A stretch of DNA of 46,068 bases from an uncultured Myxococcaceae bacterium (GTDB lineage Bacteria > Myxococcota > Myxococcia > Myxococcales > Myxococcaceae): assembly GCA_964596895.1 (NCBI GenBank), contig CAZQVZ010000001.1, positions 1 through 46,068 on the forward strand, in the 5' to 3' direction. The notes under the pieces are model-generated. The model did not search any database. It was not told the DNA's origin and worked only from the letters and a program-made list of their open reading frames with translations. Positions 1 to 8,693 of this stretch are shown here, one piece after another. Position 1 is the first letter of the stretch, and each line of letters starts with the position of its first letter. Made by a program: the position numbers and the translations under genes.

Positions 1-412
1 GCGCAACGTCCGGGAGCTGGAAGGGGCGCTGGTGAAGATCTCCGCCGTGCACTCCCTCACCGGGCAGCCCATCACCGAAGAGTTCGCGGCCCAGGTGCTC
101 AAGGACATCCTCCCGCACAACCGGCCGGTGGACATCGAGCAGATCCAGCGCGAATGCGCCCGCTACTTCAAGGTGGCGGTGGAGGACCTGCGCCAGGACC
201 GGCGGATGAAGCAGGTCAGCCACGCACGGCAGATGGCCATGTACCTGTGCCGCACGCTGACCAAGGCCTCCTTCCCGGAGATCGGCCAGCGCTTCAACAA
301 GGACCACTCCACCGTGCTCGCCGCGTGCCGGAAGGTGGAGACGCAGCTGGCCACCTCTGCGCAATTGAAGAAGGAAGTGGCGGAGCTGCACCACAAGCTG
401 GGCGTGCTCTAG
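1..412 (+). CDS. dnaA: Chromosomal replication initiator DnaA, C-terminal fragment (5' end lies outside the window; codons in phase with position 2)
   Basis: The frame from nt 2 reads RNVRELEGALVKI...DIEQIQRECARYFKV..L...RR...V.ARQMAMYLCR.LT..S.PEIG..F.KDHSTVL.A, the DnaA box VII / domain IV helix-turn-helix signature. TAG stop at 410-412. Confidence 0.95.
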   Translation, partial: RNVRELEGALVKISAVHSLTGQPITEEFAAQVLKDILPHNRPVDIEQIQRECARYFKVAVEDLRQDRRMKQVSHARQMAMYLCRTLTKASFPEIGQRFNKDHSTVLAACRKVETQLATSAQLKKEVAELHHKLGVL

Positions 413-1049
413 CTCTCGGCGAAGCGCTCCGCGTCTCCCGGGATTCCATCGTGAGGGCAAGGCCCGTCGCGTGCCTCTGCGCGCCGAGCCGCCAGGCGAC
501 CTCGCGGGCGACGGCTCGAACCCTGTCACCAGCCAGCCTCGAGGGGGGAGGGACGCCCTTGCGTCCGACGCCACCTCTCCAGAGCGGCTCTTCATCCCGG
601 TCTGGTCTCGCGCGTCCTCCTCGCCGTACTCGACTCGGCGAACGAGAGGCGACTGGCGGGACCACCGGCCACCCACGCGAGCCTCTGGGTCAGGTGGCCG
701 AGCCACCTGCTGCACCATGCGCCGTCTTCGCTCACTGCGTGGCGCGACTCACCTCTCCGCCCGAGCGCGGCCGACGACTCGCGTGGAGCCTGACCCGGAA
801 GCCGCTCGACCGCACCAGGACGTTCTGGCCTCGAAGCAGACCGAGGGACCCTGGCCCCGCGCGCGTTCGAGAAAACCCCTCAAGACTCCGAGACTCTCAT
901 CCCGCCACCGCGCCTGAGCTCTCCAACTCTTGAGCAGTTCGCGCCGTCGCGCGCGGGAAGAGGGTGTCCTCCGCTCCCTGGTCCCGGTCGCCGCGTCACG
1001 CGCGGCGTGGCGCCGACCGCCACCGCGACCGCAGCCACCCGCTCGTCGC

Positions 1050-2228
1050 TCAGCGGATCCGCACCGCGTCGGCAATCACCACGCCGGAAGCGCTGGTCCA
1101 GCGGGACAAGCGGACGCGATTCCATCCCTTGCTGAAGCTCCAGGTGCCGAGCTTGTTCCACTTGCCGCCGTGCTGTTGCTGGTTGGCGTAGACGGTGCCG
1201 AGCAGGGTGCCGTTGGCGTTGACCACCATGAACGGCGCGGCGGTGGTGCGGTTGCCGCCCGCCGTCCAGCGCGCGTCTATGGTCTTCGTCCCGGCGGCCG
1301 GGAGGTAGAACCAGAAGTCCACGGTGTCGGAGACGGGCGCAGCCGAAGCGAAGTGGTAGCCCACGCCGTAGTAGCCCGCCGTGGCCGAAGTGGACGTCCA
1401 GTTGCTGGAGAGGGTGACCTTCGCCACATCCAGGTCGTTCTGGGCGTTGTGGCTGTCGACGATGAGCGCGGCCGGGGGAGGAGGCGGCGGCGGCGCCCAG
1501 AGGGAGCTCGCCTTGAAGTTCCCGTAGAGCAGCGCGACCAGCGACGAGCCGCCCCACTGGCTGGTGCCACACTGCGACGCGTAGGCGCCGACCCACGGGG
1601 TGTACGTGTAGAGCGCCGCGGTGGCGTTGTTCGCGGGGGTGACCCAGCAGTTGTCGGACGTCTTCTTCGCCACGCCCTTCTTCCAGCCGCTGATGGTGGT
1701 GCCGCCTGCCTCGAGGTCGCTCAGGTAGCCGCGGAACTTCATGGCCGAGCACTCGATCTGATTGCCGAACCCGGACCAGGACGCGCTGCAGCCGCCGGAG
1801 TCCGGGCAGGCGCAGCCGGTGGCCTTGGCGAGGTTCTTCGAGGTGCCGCTGCGGACGAGCCCGGACTCGGTCTCGATGCGCGCGAGCATGTAGACCGGGT
1901 TGATGCCGTACGCGCGGCTGCGCTGGACGATGAGCTGGGCGGCGGTCTTGCCCCAGGCCGGGTCGGTGTAGCCGGCGAGGAAGCTGCCCTTGGACTGCAA
2001 AAAGCTCTGCACCTGCGCGACGGTGACCCAGTCGAAGCCGGCCATGTCCTCGTCGGTGAGGAGGTTGTGCATGTTGAGCGAGCCCAGCGCCGCGTCCATC
2101 TGGCGGAGCTCCTCGCTGCGTGGATCTTCCGGAGGCAATCCGGAATCGAGCGCGAGGTCCTGCTCGGTGCCACAGGCGGCAACGACTGCGACGAAGCCTG
2201 CCACCAGCGCCAGTCTCCACGTTCCCAT
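1050..2228 (-). CDS. Lipoprotein. N-terminal lysozyme/glycosidase-like region, a PPPPPPP linker, and a C-terminal golvesin-type carbohydrate-binding-like domain
   Basis: ATG at 2228 preceded by AGGAGG. Signal plus lipobox MGTWRLALVAGFVAVVAAC. The INPVYMLARIETESGL segment resembles glycoside-hydrolase catalytic Glu contexts. The C-terminal ...NWTSTSATAGYYGVGYH...W....NRTTAAPF.V......GTVYANQQ..GGKWNKLGTWSF..G.N.V.L......GVVIADAVRI pattern is as in golvesin/Xly-type C-terminal domains. High GC3. Confidence 0.7.
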   Translation of the reverse strand: MGTWRLALVAGFVAVVAACGTEQDLALDSGLPPEDPRSEELRQMDAALGSLNMHNLLTDEDMAGFDWVTVAQVQSFLQSKGSFLAGYTDPAWGKTAAQLIVQRSRAYGINPVYMLARIETESGLVRSGTSKNLAKATGCACPDSGGCSASWSGFGNQIECSAMKFRGYLSDLEAGGTTISGWKKGVAKKTSDNCWVTPANNATAALYTYTPWVGAYASQCGTSQWGGSSLVALLYGNFKASSLWAPPPPPPPAALIVDSHNAQNDLDVAKVTLSSNWTSTSATAGYYGVGYHFASAAPVSDTVDFWFYLPAAGTKTIDARWTAGGNRTTAAPFMVVNANGTLLGTVYANQQQHGGKWNKLGTWSFSKGWNRVRLSRWTSASGVVIADAVRIR

Positions 2229-2491
2229 CGACCCCTCCTGTCACGGCAAAGTTTCAGTGGCCGCGCGGGTTTACGCAGGAGGTGAGCAGCGGCTGTGCCA
2301 GCACCAGTCAGTCACTGGGAGCGGGTGTCCGAACTGCAAACATACGTGACGAAATGGATGCACCAGATTCGGTCGGCTGGCGTCCGGGTTCCGGTCGGTC
2401 CAGGCTTTCACTACCGAAGGAGATCCCCCGTGTCGCCTGCGCGTTTCACGCGGTGAGGCGCGGCGGATCCTGCATACGCCTCATCCCAATC

Positions 2492-3118
2492 ATGCCCATT
2501 CGACTTGCCATCCCCTTCACCCTGCTCTTCCTCCTGACAGCGCCGCTGGCCTGGGCCGACGAAGTCGTCGACGACGAATACGGCGACGACGACGGCATCT
2601 GCATGAGCGACCAGGAATGCGCGCCGTATGAGATCTGCACCGTCTCGATAGGCGATTGTGGCCCCGGTCCCGGCAAGGCAGACGTCTGCACTGGCACCTG
2701 CGAGATGGGGCGGCGCCTGCGCGTCGTCCCCTACGCCGGCGGCGGCCTTCACCGCGCCACGCAGGGCGTGACCCTGGGCACCGGCATGGGACAGCTCGGT
2801 CTCGAGCTCATCCCGCCGGTGCTGGCTGGCCACCTCTCCATCAGCGCCGAGTACTTCGCCGGAACGCTGCGCACCGGCGTCGCCTCGCCATGGCCGCTGT
2901 TCGACGGCTTCCTGCTCTCACCCAGGCTGGATGTGCTGCCCCTCCGACGAGGCGGGATGGGCCTCACCGCCGGCCTGCGGCTCGACTACTTCCCGTGGAT
3001 GCCGTTCAAGTTCCTCACCCCCGCGCACTACTTCTCCATCGCCCTCGAAGGCGGCGGCGCGCTCCTGGAGCGGACGCGATACCCGTACGGCACGCTGAGC
3101 CTGCGCATCTGGCTGTGA
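2492..3118 (+). CDS. Secreted hypothetical protein with a Cys-rich acidic N-terminus and a Gly/aromatic-rich C-terminal half (possible small beta-barrel)
   Basis: Internal ATG of ORF 2120..3118 gives signal peptide MPIRLAIPFTLLFLLTAPLAWA/DE. The upstream part of the ORF is Arg-rich junk. C-terminus is ...YGTLSLRIWL. An alternative GTG about 39 nt upstream is possible. Confidence 0.6.
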   Translation: MPIRLAIPFTLLFLLTAPLAWADEVVDDEYGDDDGICMSDQECAPYEICTVSIGDCGPGPGKADVCTGTCEMGRRLRVVPYAGGGLHRATQGVTLGTGMGQLGLELIPPVLAGHLSISAEYFAGTLRTGVASPWPLFDGFLLSPRLDVLPLRRGGMGLTAGLRLDYFPWMPFKFLTPAHYFSIALEGGGALLERTRYPYGTLSLRIWL

Positions 3119-3254
3119 CGCGTGAAGCCGCGGAACCGGAGAGCCTCCTGCCGACCCGGCCATTTACGACACGAGCCTCGTGCATGACCATCCGTGCCGA
3201 CGACGAGCTCGTCGGTAGCCGCTTCCCTCAACGCAGAGCCATCCCGGCGAAGAC

Positions 3255-4976
3255 CTACTCGCTCGGCAGCTCCGCCAGCACCACCCGGAACGCAGTGTTC
3301 TCCCCTGCCTTGATGGGCGTGGAGAGCACGCGGGTCTTCCCATCCGGTCCGCGCAGCCGCAGCAGGTGCGTCCCCGCCGGCAGCGCCTGATTGAACAGCG
3401 GGGTCTTGCCCAGCTCCCGCTTACCGCGCAGCACCGTGGCCTCGGGGATGGTGATGAGCGTCAGCGTTCCTTCCGCCGCCTTGCGCTGCTTCTTCCCGCC
3501 TGACTCCGCGTCCGCCGTCTGCGCGCCAGCTGTCCCCTGGCCGCTGGGAGTCGCGCCCGCGGCTGTCGGGCCGCCGTCCGTGGCAGCGCTCTCGCCGAAC
3601 ACGCCGAGCCTCGGGTCCTGCCAGAGCGGGAGGGGTTTTGCTTCGGCCGCAGAGGGGTCCAGCCGGTCCTCCGCCGCCGGCGGCAGCGCGAACACCAGCT
3701 TCCACACGCCGAAGCCCCCGCCCACGATGATCACCGCCACCGCGAGCGCGGCCACCGTTCCCCAGCGACCCGAGCGCGCCTCTTCACCCCCGGCGACACC
3801 ACCCTCCACCTTGGTATCCGGCGCCGGCAGGGTGGGGCGGACGTTGGTGTCCCGCGGCAGGTCCGGCTGCGCCTTCACCCGCGCCTTCGGCTTGCCATTG
3901 ACCCGCGCGCCCGGCCTCCGGCCGACCACGCTCTCCTCGAAGTCCATCCCCGCGTCGCCCTTGAGCTGGCCCACTGCCGCGTGCGCCAACTGCTGCGCCT
4001 CCGCCTTCGATTCACCGGCAGATTCGAGGAGCGCCCGGGTGGCGGCCATCTTCTTTTCGAACAGCTCCTTCATCAGGACGGCGATCTGCTCCTGGTCGAA
4101 GAGGATTGGCCCGCAGGCCTTCTCCAGGGCCCGCGCCATGTCCCGCGCCGTCCCGAACCGGTCCGCCCGCTCGCGCGCGAGCGCCCGTGCCACCACGTCC
4201 GACACCGCCTCCGGCACCAGCTCATTGAGCGCGTGCAGCTTCGGGATGGGCTCTTCGAGGATGAGCTTCATCTCCTCGACCTCGGTGGGCGCGGAGAAGA
4301 GCCGCTGGCCCGAGAGCATCTCGTGCAGCATCACCCCGGCGGAGAAGATGTCGCTGCGGCCGTCAATCTCCTCGCCGCGCACCTGCTCCGGAGACATGTA
4401 CCCGGTGGTTCCCTTCACCATCCCCTGGCCGGTGCGCCCGAGCTTCCCGCGCACCTTGGCGATGCCGAAGTCGAGCAGCCTGGTGGTGCCGTCGTAGGTC
4501 ACCATCACGTTCTTCTGCGCGACGTCGCGGTGGATGACCGGGTAGCTCCTGCCCACCGGGTCGGTGAACGTGTGCGCGTAGTGCAGGGCGTTGAGGACGT
4601 CCCGCGCCACCGTGCAGGAGAAGCCCAGCGGGATGGTGCGCTTCGCCCGGTTACATGCCGACGCGACCTGGTTGAGGTTCTGGCCGGAGATGAACTCCAT
4701 GGCCAGGTAGAGCCCGTCCTCCTCCTCTCCGAGGTCGAACACCTGCGCGATGTTCGGGTGGCTCAAGGCCGCGGTGATGCGGGCCTCGTCCAGGAACATC
4801 TTCACGAACTGCTCGTCGCCCTTGACGTCCGGGAGGATGCGCTTGACGACGACGTACTTGCGAAAGCCGCCGGGGCCCGCGGTGAAGGCGAGGAACAGCT
4901 CCGCCATCCCGCCGATGCTGAGCTGTGCCAGCACCTCGTACTTACCGATGTGTTGGCCGCGGTAGAGGTCGTCCAT
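3255..4976 (-). CDS. Hanks-type Ser/Thr protein kinase with TM segment and C-terminal PEGA domain
   Basis: Kinase subdomains are YVVVKRI (Lys), HRDVAQKN, LLDFGIAK and GYMSPEQ. TM helix is WGTVAALAVAVIIVGGGFGVW. C-terminal PEGA-like segment is GTLTLITIPEATVLRGKRELGKTPL...LPAGTHLLRL. ATG at 4976. An alternative TTG at 5009 lies 2 nt after the upstream stop. Confidence 0.9.
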   Translation of the reverse strand: MDDLYRGQHIGKYEVLAQLSIGGMAELFLAFTAGPGGFRKYVVVKRILPDVKGDEQFVKMFLDEARITAALSHPNIAQVFDLGEEEDGLYLAMEFISGQNLNQVASACNRAKRTIPLGFSCTVARDVLNALHYAHTFTDPVGRSYPVIHRDVAQKNVMVTYDGTTRLLDFGIAKVRGKLGRTGQGMVKGTTGYMSPEQVRGEEIDGRSDIFSAGVMLHEMLSGQRLFSAPTEVEEMKLILEEPIPKLHALNELVPEAVSDVVARALARERADRFGTARDMARALEKACGPILFDQEQIAVLMKELFEKKMAATRALLESAGESKAEAQQLAHAAVGQLKGDAGMDFEESVVGRRPGARVNGKPKARVKAQPDLPRDTNVRPTLPAPDTKVEGGVAGGEEARSGRWGTVAALAVAVIIVGGGFGVWKLVFALPPAAEDRLDPSAAEAKPLPLWQDPRLGVFGESAATDGGPTAAGATPSGQGTAGAQTADAESGGKKQRKAAEGTLTLITIPEATVLRGKRELGKTPLFNQALPAGTHLLRLRGPDGKTRVLSTPIKAGENTAFRVVLAELPSE

Positions 4977-5011
4977 GGTCGGGTCGGCAGGGGCAACAGC
5001 GAGCCCCAACC

Positions 5012-6313
5012 CTACCGCTTTTCGAGGAGCTCCCGGAACACCGGCCGCAGATCTCCCTTCGCCCGCAGCAGCTTCAGGTTCTGCAGGAGGCCTCCGAGCG
5101 CGCGCCCCACCAGCAGCGCCTCCGCCGGAGGCTTGATGCGCACCAGGTCCAAAGGCCGGGACCGCTTGAGCCCCGCCAGCTTCATCAGGGTGTCGTCCCC
5201 GGAGAAGTCCCGGAAGCCCTCCACCGGCCCTCGGCTCAGCTGCACAATCTCCTCGAGCAGCGCCCGCGCCTTGTCCTCACCCAGGTTCACCGTGAAGCCG
5301 CCCTTGCGCATCACCGCCACCCAGTCCGGCGAAGGCCCGCCCAAAGATGCGTCCAGCACCTCGAGGCTCGCCGCATGGAACGCCTCGCTGCCGTTCTTCA
5401 CGCAGCCGAAGTCGAGCACGCCCAACCGCCCGTCCTCCCGGAGGATGAAGTTGCCCGGGTGGGTGTCCGCGTGGATGGCGCGGTGGCGAATCCATGGACC
5501 CCAGGTGGCCCGCACCATCTGCTCGGCCCGGCGCCACCGCTCTTCTTCCGTCCACTGCGCGTGCCCCGCGTCCGCGTCTGCACAGGCCTTCGCCAGGGTC
5601 GGCCCGAAGAAGCGCTCGAGCACCAGCACCCGCTTCGTGCACAGCTCCGGATACGCCTTCGGCGCGCTGAGGTCCGGCCACTCGGCGTAGAGGGTGTGGA
5701 AGCGGTCCAGGAACGCGCGCTCCCGCTCATAGTCCAGCTCGCCGCCAATCTCGGTGCGGATCTCCTGCGCGTAGGTCCCCGAGTCGATGAGCCCGCTCAT
5801 CCCCAGGGCGCCCAACATCGACTCCAGGTTCTTCAGGTCGTCCTCGAGCGCCTCCGCCACGCCCGGGTACTGCACCTTCACCACCACGTCCTCGCCGGTG
5901 TGAAGCTTCGCCGCGTGCACCTGTCCCAAAGACGCGGCGGCGAGCGGCTCGCGCGAGAACTCGGCGAAGAGCGCCTCCACCGAAGCGCCCAACTCCGCCT
6001 GCAGCACCGGCCCAACCTTCTCGAAGGGAAGGGTGGGCGCCTGGGAGAAGAGCTTGCCCATCACCAGGCGCGCCTCGGGGGGCAGCGTGTCCGCGAAGAG
6101 CGAGAGCGTCTGTCCGGCCTTCAAGGCCGCGCCCTTCAACCCGCCGAGCGTCTCCAGGATCCGCTTCGCCGCGAGCTCGTGCCCAGAACCCTGGCCACCA
6201 AAAAGCTTGCGCACCCGGTCAGCGGCCAGCCCCGCGCCCACGCTCGTGGCCATACCGGCCATCTTCCGGAAACGCTGCAGCCGGCCCTGGGGAATCTCGT
6301 CGTCCGTCGCCAT
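5012..6313 (-). CDS. ABC1/UbiB (AarF) family atypical kinase
   Basis: FSREPLAAASLGQVHAAKL..GEDVVVKVQYPG... and HADTHPGNFIL...LGVLDFG are hallmark ABC1-family motifs. Start taken at the internal ATG (MATDDEIPQGRLQRFRKM...). The part of the ORF upstream of it looks non-coding. Confidence 0.9.
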   Translation of the reverse strand: MATDDEIPQGRLQRFRKMAGMATSVGAGLAADRVRKLFGGQGSGHELAAKRILETLGGLKGAALKAGQTLSLFADTLPPEARLVMGKLFSQAPTLPFEKVGPVLQAELGASVEALFAEFSREPLAAASLGQVHAAKLHTGEDVVVKVQYPGVAEALEDDLKNLESMLGALGMSGLIDSGTYAQEIRTEIGGELDYERERAFLDRFHTLYAEWPDLSAPKAYPELCTKRVLVLERFFGPTLAKACADADAGHAQWTEEERWRRAEQMVRATWGPWIRHRAIHADTHPGNFILREDGRLGVLDFGCVKNGSEAFHAASLEVLDASLGGPSPDWVAVMRKGGFTVNLGEDKARALLEEIVQLSRGPVEGFRDFSGDDTLMKLAGLKRSRPLDLVRIKPPAEALLVGRALGGLLQNLKLLRAKGDLRPVFRELLEKR

Positions 6314-6528
6314 CGGAATCGCGCCTGTGGAAGAAGGTGTGGACGGATACTGGAGGCCGCAGGGGAAGGGTGTGGAAAAAGGCGGCAGGTGTCCGACCCC
6401 TGTGGCCAGGTGTGGGTAACCGCCGCTGCCGTCCACAGGTTGCGATCTGCGAATCCGCTTGAGTGACGCGGACTTGGGCAGTTCCCCACAAGATCGACGC
6501 CTCTACGGTCATGACCTCTTGGATCTCT

Positions 6529-6546
6529 CCTCTATTTCTATAGAGG
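6529..6546. promoter_or_regulatory. Perfect inverted repeat CCTCTAT-TTCT-ATAGAGG, nested in GACCTCT...AGAGGTC (6513-6548), in a divergent promoter region
   Basis: Read directly from the sequence. It lies in the locally AT-richer 258-bp spacer between the ABC1 kinase start (6313, -) and the GTG of the next gene (6572, +). Confidence 0.3.
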
Positions 6547-6571
6547 TCTGAAGAAGGGTTAGCGTTCGCCT

Positions 6572-7423
6572 GTGCGTCGCGCCCGCCTGCTCGCCTGCGT
6601 CTTCCTCGTCTGCGTCTGCGCTGCGGTGGGCACGGTGCAAGCCCAGGTCCCCACGGCGCTGGAAGCCGCTGAACACGCGTTCGAAGATCTCGAGTTCGAA
6701 CAAGCGGCGAAGCTCTACCGCCGCGCGCTCTCGGCCCCTGGGAGCCGCGACGAGCGTACCCGGGCCTACCGCGGTCTCGGCCTGTGCCTCGCGTACCTGG
6801 GGGACGCAGCGGGCGCCCAGCGTATGTTCGAGACCTTGCTCGTCCTCGACCCGACCGCGAAGGTGAACACCGCGCTTGGTCCGAAGATCTCCCGGCCGTT
6901 CGAGGCGGCGCTCAGGGCGGTGAAGAAGGCGCCCGCGGAGCTGGCGGTGACGCGCGACGAACGCACAGGCGAGGTCAGCGCGATTCTGACCGGCCTGCTC
7001 CCCGCGGCGGACATCGTGGAGCTCCACTCGATGCCAGGGGAGGACGCCTCGCTGCGCGCACAGGCGCACGCTCCCGGCCCTGCGCGCCTGGAGGTCGAAC
7101 CGTGGAAGGAGGTGCGCGCCTTCGCCCGCGTGTTGGATGCAGGCGGCGGTGAGCTCCTGGGTGACGGCTCGGCGGATGTGCCCTCGAGGTTCGCTGCCAC
7201 CGCGCGCGCCCCCGTGGCGCTCGTGCCGGAGGTGGAGGAAGCGCCGGCGCGCGCGTGGCCGGAGGACCCTGAGCCCACGGACTCGACGAGGCGAACCCGC
7301 TGGCCACTGTGGGTGGCTGGCGCTGCGGTGGTCATCGGCGGAGGCGTGGCCGCGGCCCTGGCGCTGCGCCCACCCGAGCCGTTGAGCCTGCCGCCCGCGG
7401 ACCGCTCCGGGAGGTTGCCCTGA
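6572..7423 (+). CDS. Secreted/anchored hypothetical protein with an N-terminal TPR-like helix pair and a C-terminal TM helix
   Basis: GTG start. Signal MRRARLLACVFLVCVCAAVGTVQA. TPR-like segment AEHAFEDLEFEQAAKLYRRAL...AYRGLGLCLAYLGDAAGAQRMFETLLVLDP. C-terminal WPLWVAGAAVVIGGGVAAALAL. Confidence 0.6.
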   Translation: MRRARLLACVFLVCVCAAVGTVQAQVPTALEAAEHAFEDLEFEQAAKLYRRALSAPGSRDERTRAYRGLGLCLAYLGDAAGAQRMFETLLVLDPTAKVNTALGPKISRPFEAALRAVKKAPAELAVTRDERTGEVSAILTGLLPAADIVELHSMPGEDASLRAQAHAPGPARLEVEPWKEVRAFARVLDAGGGELLGDGSADVPSRFAATARAPVALVPEVEEAPARAWPEDPEPTDSTRRTRWPLWVAGAAVVIGGGVAAALALRPPEPLSLPPADRSGRLP

Positions 7424-7449
7424 CCTGCGCTCGCTCCGGCCGCCGAGCT

Positions 7450-8334
7450 GTGACCGTCGGGTCCGCGCTGGGCCTGGTGCTGCTCGTTGCCGGCTGTCCC
7501 ACCGCTCCGCCACTCACCGCGCAGCCCTTGTGTGAGGGCCTCGTCTGTCCAAAGGCGCAGCGCTGCGTGGAGGGCAGGTGCCTGAGTTCCCAGTGCGGTG
7601 ACGTCTCTTGCGGCGCAGGCCAGGTCTGCGCGAGTGACACCTGCGTGGACGACGCCTGCATCGGCGTGCGCTGCGCGGAGGGTGAGCGTTGCCGGGCCGG
7701 CGTCTGCCGCGTGGTCCTCTGCGCGGCGAACACCGGCTGTCATCCCACCGAAGCGTGCGTGCAGGGGCGCTGCGCCCAGGATGCCTGCCTCGGCGTGCGC
7801 TGTGCGCCGGGGCTGGTCTGTCGCGAGGGCGGGTGCAGCGTGGTGACCTGCTCGCAGGATCTCGAATGTGGCGACGGCGAGGCCTGCGGCACCGACGGTC
7901 GCTGCGTGGTCACCGGCGGGTGCGCGGCGCTGGCGTGTCCTTCGAAGCAGGTGTGCCGAGACGGCGCGTGTGGGGTGACCGCGTGCCGCGCGGACCCAGA
8001 CTGTGCGCAGGCAGAGGTCTGTCGAGACGGCGCGTGCCTGGGCCAGGACGACGCCTGCGCGAACATCACGCCCTGTCCGCCCGGTCAGGTCTGCCGCAGC
8101 GGCGCCTGTGAGGCAGCCTCCTGCGGTCCCTCCCGGCCGTGCCTCGGCGCCGAACAATGCCGGGACGGGGTGTGCCAGCCGCCGCTCCTGCTCGAGCAGG
8201 CGACCCTGGCGCCGGCCGCGGGCGTGGTGGAGCTGGAAGGCGGCCTGCAGAGCTACGGCAGCCTCGGCGCCGGCGCCGTCGGTGAGACCGAAGTGGGAGG
8301 CGGACAGAAGACGCGGACTCAGACCGCGCCGTGA
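7450..8334 (+). CDS. Lipoprotein built from about 10 myxobacterial cysteine-rich repeats
   Basis: ...GSALGLVLLVAGC lipobox, followed by a reiterated roughly 20-aa unit C-x(2-6)-C-x(3-5)-[EQ]xC-xxGxC (e.g. CIGVRCAEGERCRAGVC, CLGVRCAPGLVCREGGC). Start is uncertain: GTG 7450 is used, and GTG 7309 would overlap the upstream gene. Confidence 0.75.
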   Translation: MTVGSALGLVLLVAGCPTAPPLTAQPLCEGLVCPKAQRCVEGRCLSSQCGDVSCGAGQVCASDTCVDDACIGVRCAEGERCRAGVCRVVLCAANTGCHPTEACVQGRCAQDACLGVRCAPGLVCREGGCSVVTCSQDLECGDGEACGTDGRCVVTGGCAALACPSKQVCRDGACGVTACRADPDCAQAEVCRDGACLGQDDACANITPCPPGQVCRSGACEAASCGPSRPCLGAEQCRDGVCQPPLLLEQATLAPAAGVVELEGGLQSYGSLGAGAVGETEVGGGQKTRTQTAP

Positions 8335-8690
8335 ACGGCCGGAGACGGCGGCCGAACCGCTGGCGCCTTCGCGAGCCGCACCAGCGCGTAGACGAGCAGC
8401 ACCGTCATCGCGATGTGGATGACCGTGCTCACCGCCGTCGCGCCGAGCTGGGCGGTGACGAGTGACTCCACGCCGCCGCGGCCGGCGAACCAGCTCGCCG
8501 CGTAGAAGAGCGCCTGGCCGAAGACCGACCACACCAACTCCATCACGCTCCACACCACCAGCGGCGCCGAGGCCTCGGGCCGGTGTCGGCGCACCACCGC
8601 CACCACCACGGCGAGCACCGCGATGCGCAGCAGCACGTTCACCAACCAGGAGACGCCCAGCCCCACCGAGTGCAGCGTCGTCACATCCAT
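8319..8690 (-). CDS. Small integral membrane protein (3-4 TM helices), hypothetical
   Basis: ATG at 8690 with GAGGAGG 7 nt upstream, 3 nt after the stop of the upstream CPBP gene. Hydrophobic helices throughout. Its 3' end overlaps the convergent gene by 16 nt. Confidence 0.6.
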   Translation of the reverse strand: MDVTTLHSVGLGVSWLVNVLLRIAVLAVVVAVVRRHRPEASAPLVVWSVMELVWSVFGQALFYAASWFAGRGGVESLVTAQLGATAVSTVIHIAMTVLLVYALVRLAKAPAVRPPSPAVHGAV

Positions 8691-8693
8691 GTC

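Noticed and set aside
505-525. tRNA T-loop-like GGTTCGAGCC on the minus strand in the gap after dnaA.
   Set aside because: The flanking bases do not form a 5-bp T-stem (GACGG versus CCTGTC needs a bulge). I could not build acceptor, D or anticodon arms around it.
413-1049. Looked for oriC features (DnaA boxes TTATCCACA/TGTGGATAA variants, AT-rich DUE) downstream of dnaA, and also in 45016-45091 upstream of dnaN.
   Set aside because: I saw no box-like 9-mers and no AT-rich stretch. Both regions stay GC-rich. The 76-bp dnaN spacer only shows a plausible TTGACC-N16-GATAGA promoter and a GTGAC-N7-GTCAC inverted repeat.
2120-2491. The 5' extension of ORF 2120..3118. Similar 5' extensions occur in ORFs 10665.., 29076..30284, 35695.., 5012..6436 and 33267.
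   Set aside because: The extensions are Arg/Pro-rich, overlap neighbouring genes or promoters, and precede internal starts that give proper signal peptides or family-typical N-termini, often with Shine-Dalgarno sequences.
3195-3215. Palindrome CGACGAGCTCGTCG between the 2492-3118 gene and the convergent kinase gene, considered as a terminator.
   Set aside because: As a hairpin it gives only a 5-bp stem with a 4-nt loop and no U-tract. This is too weak to call.
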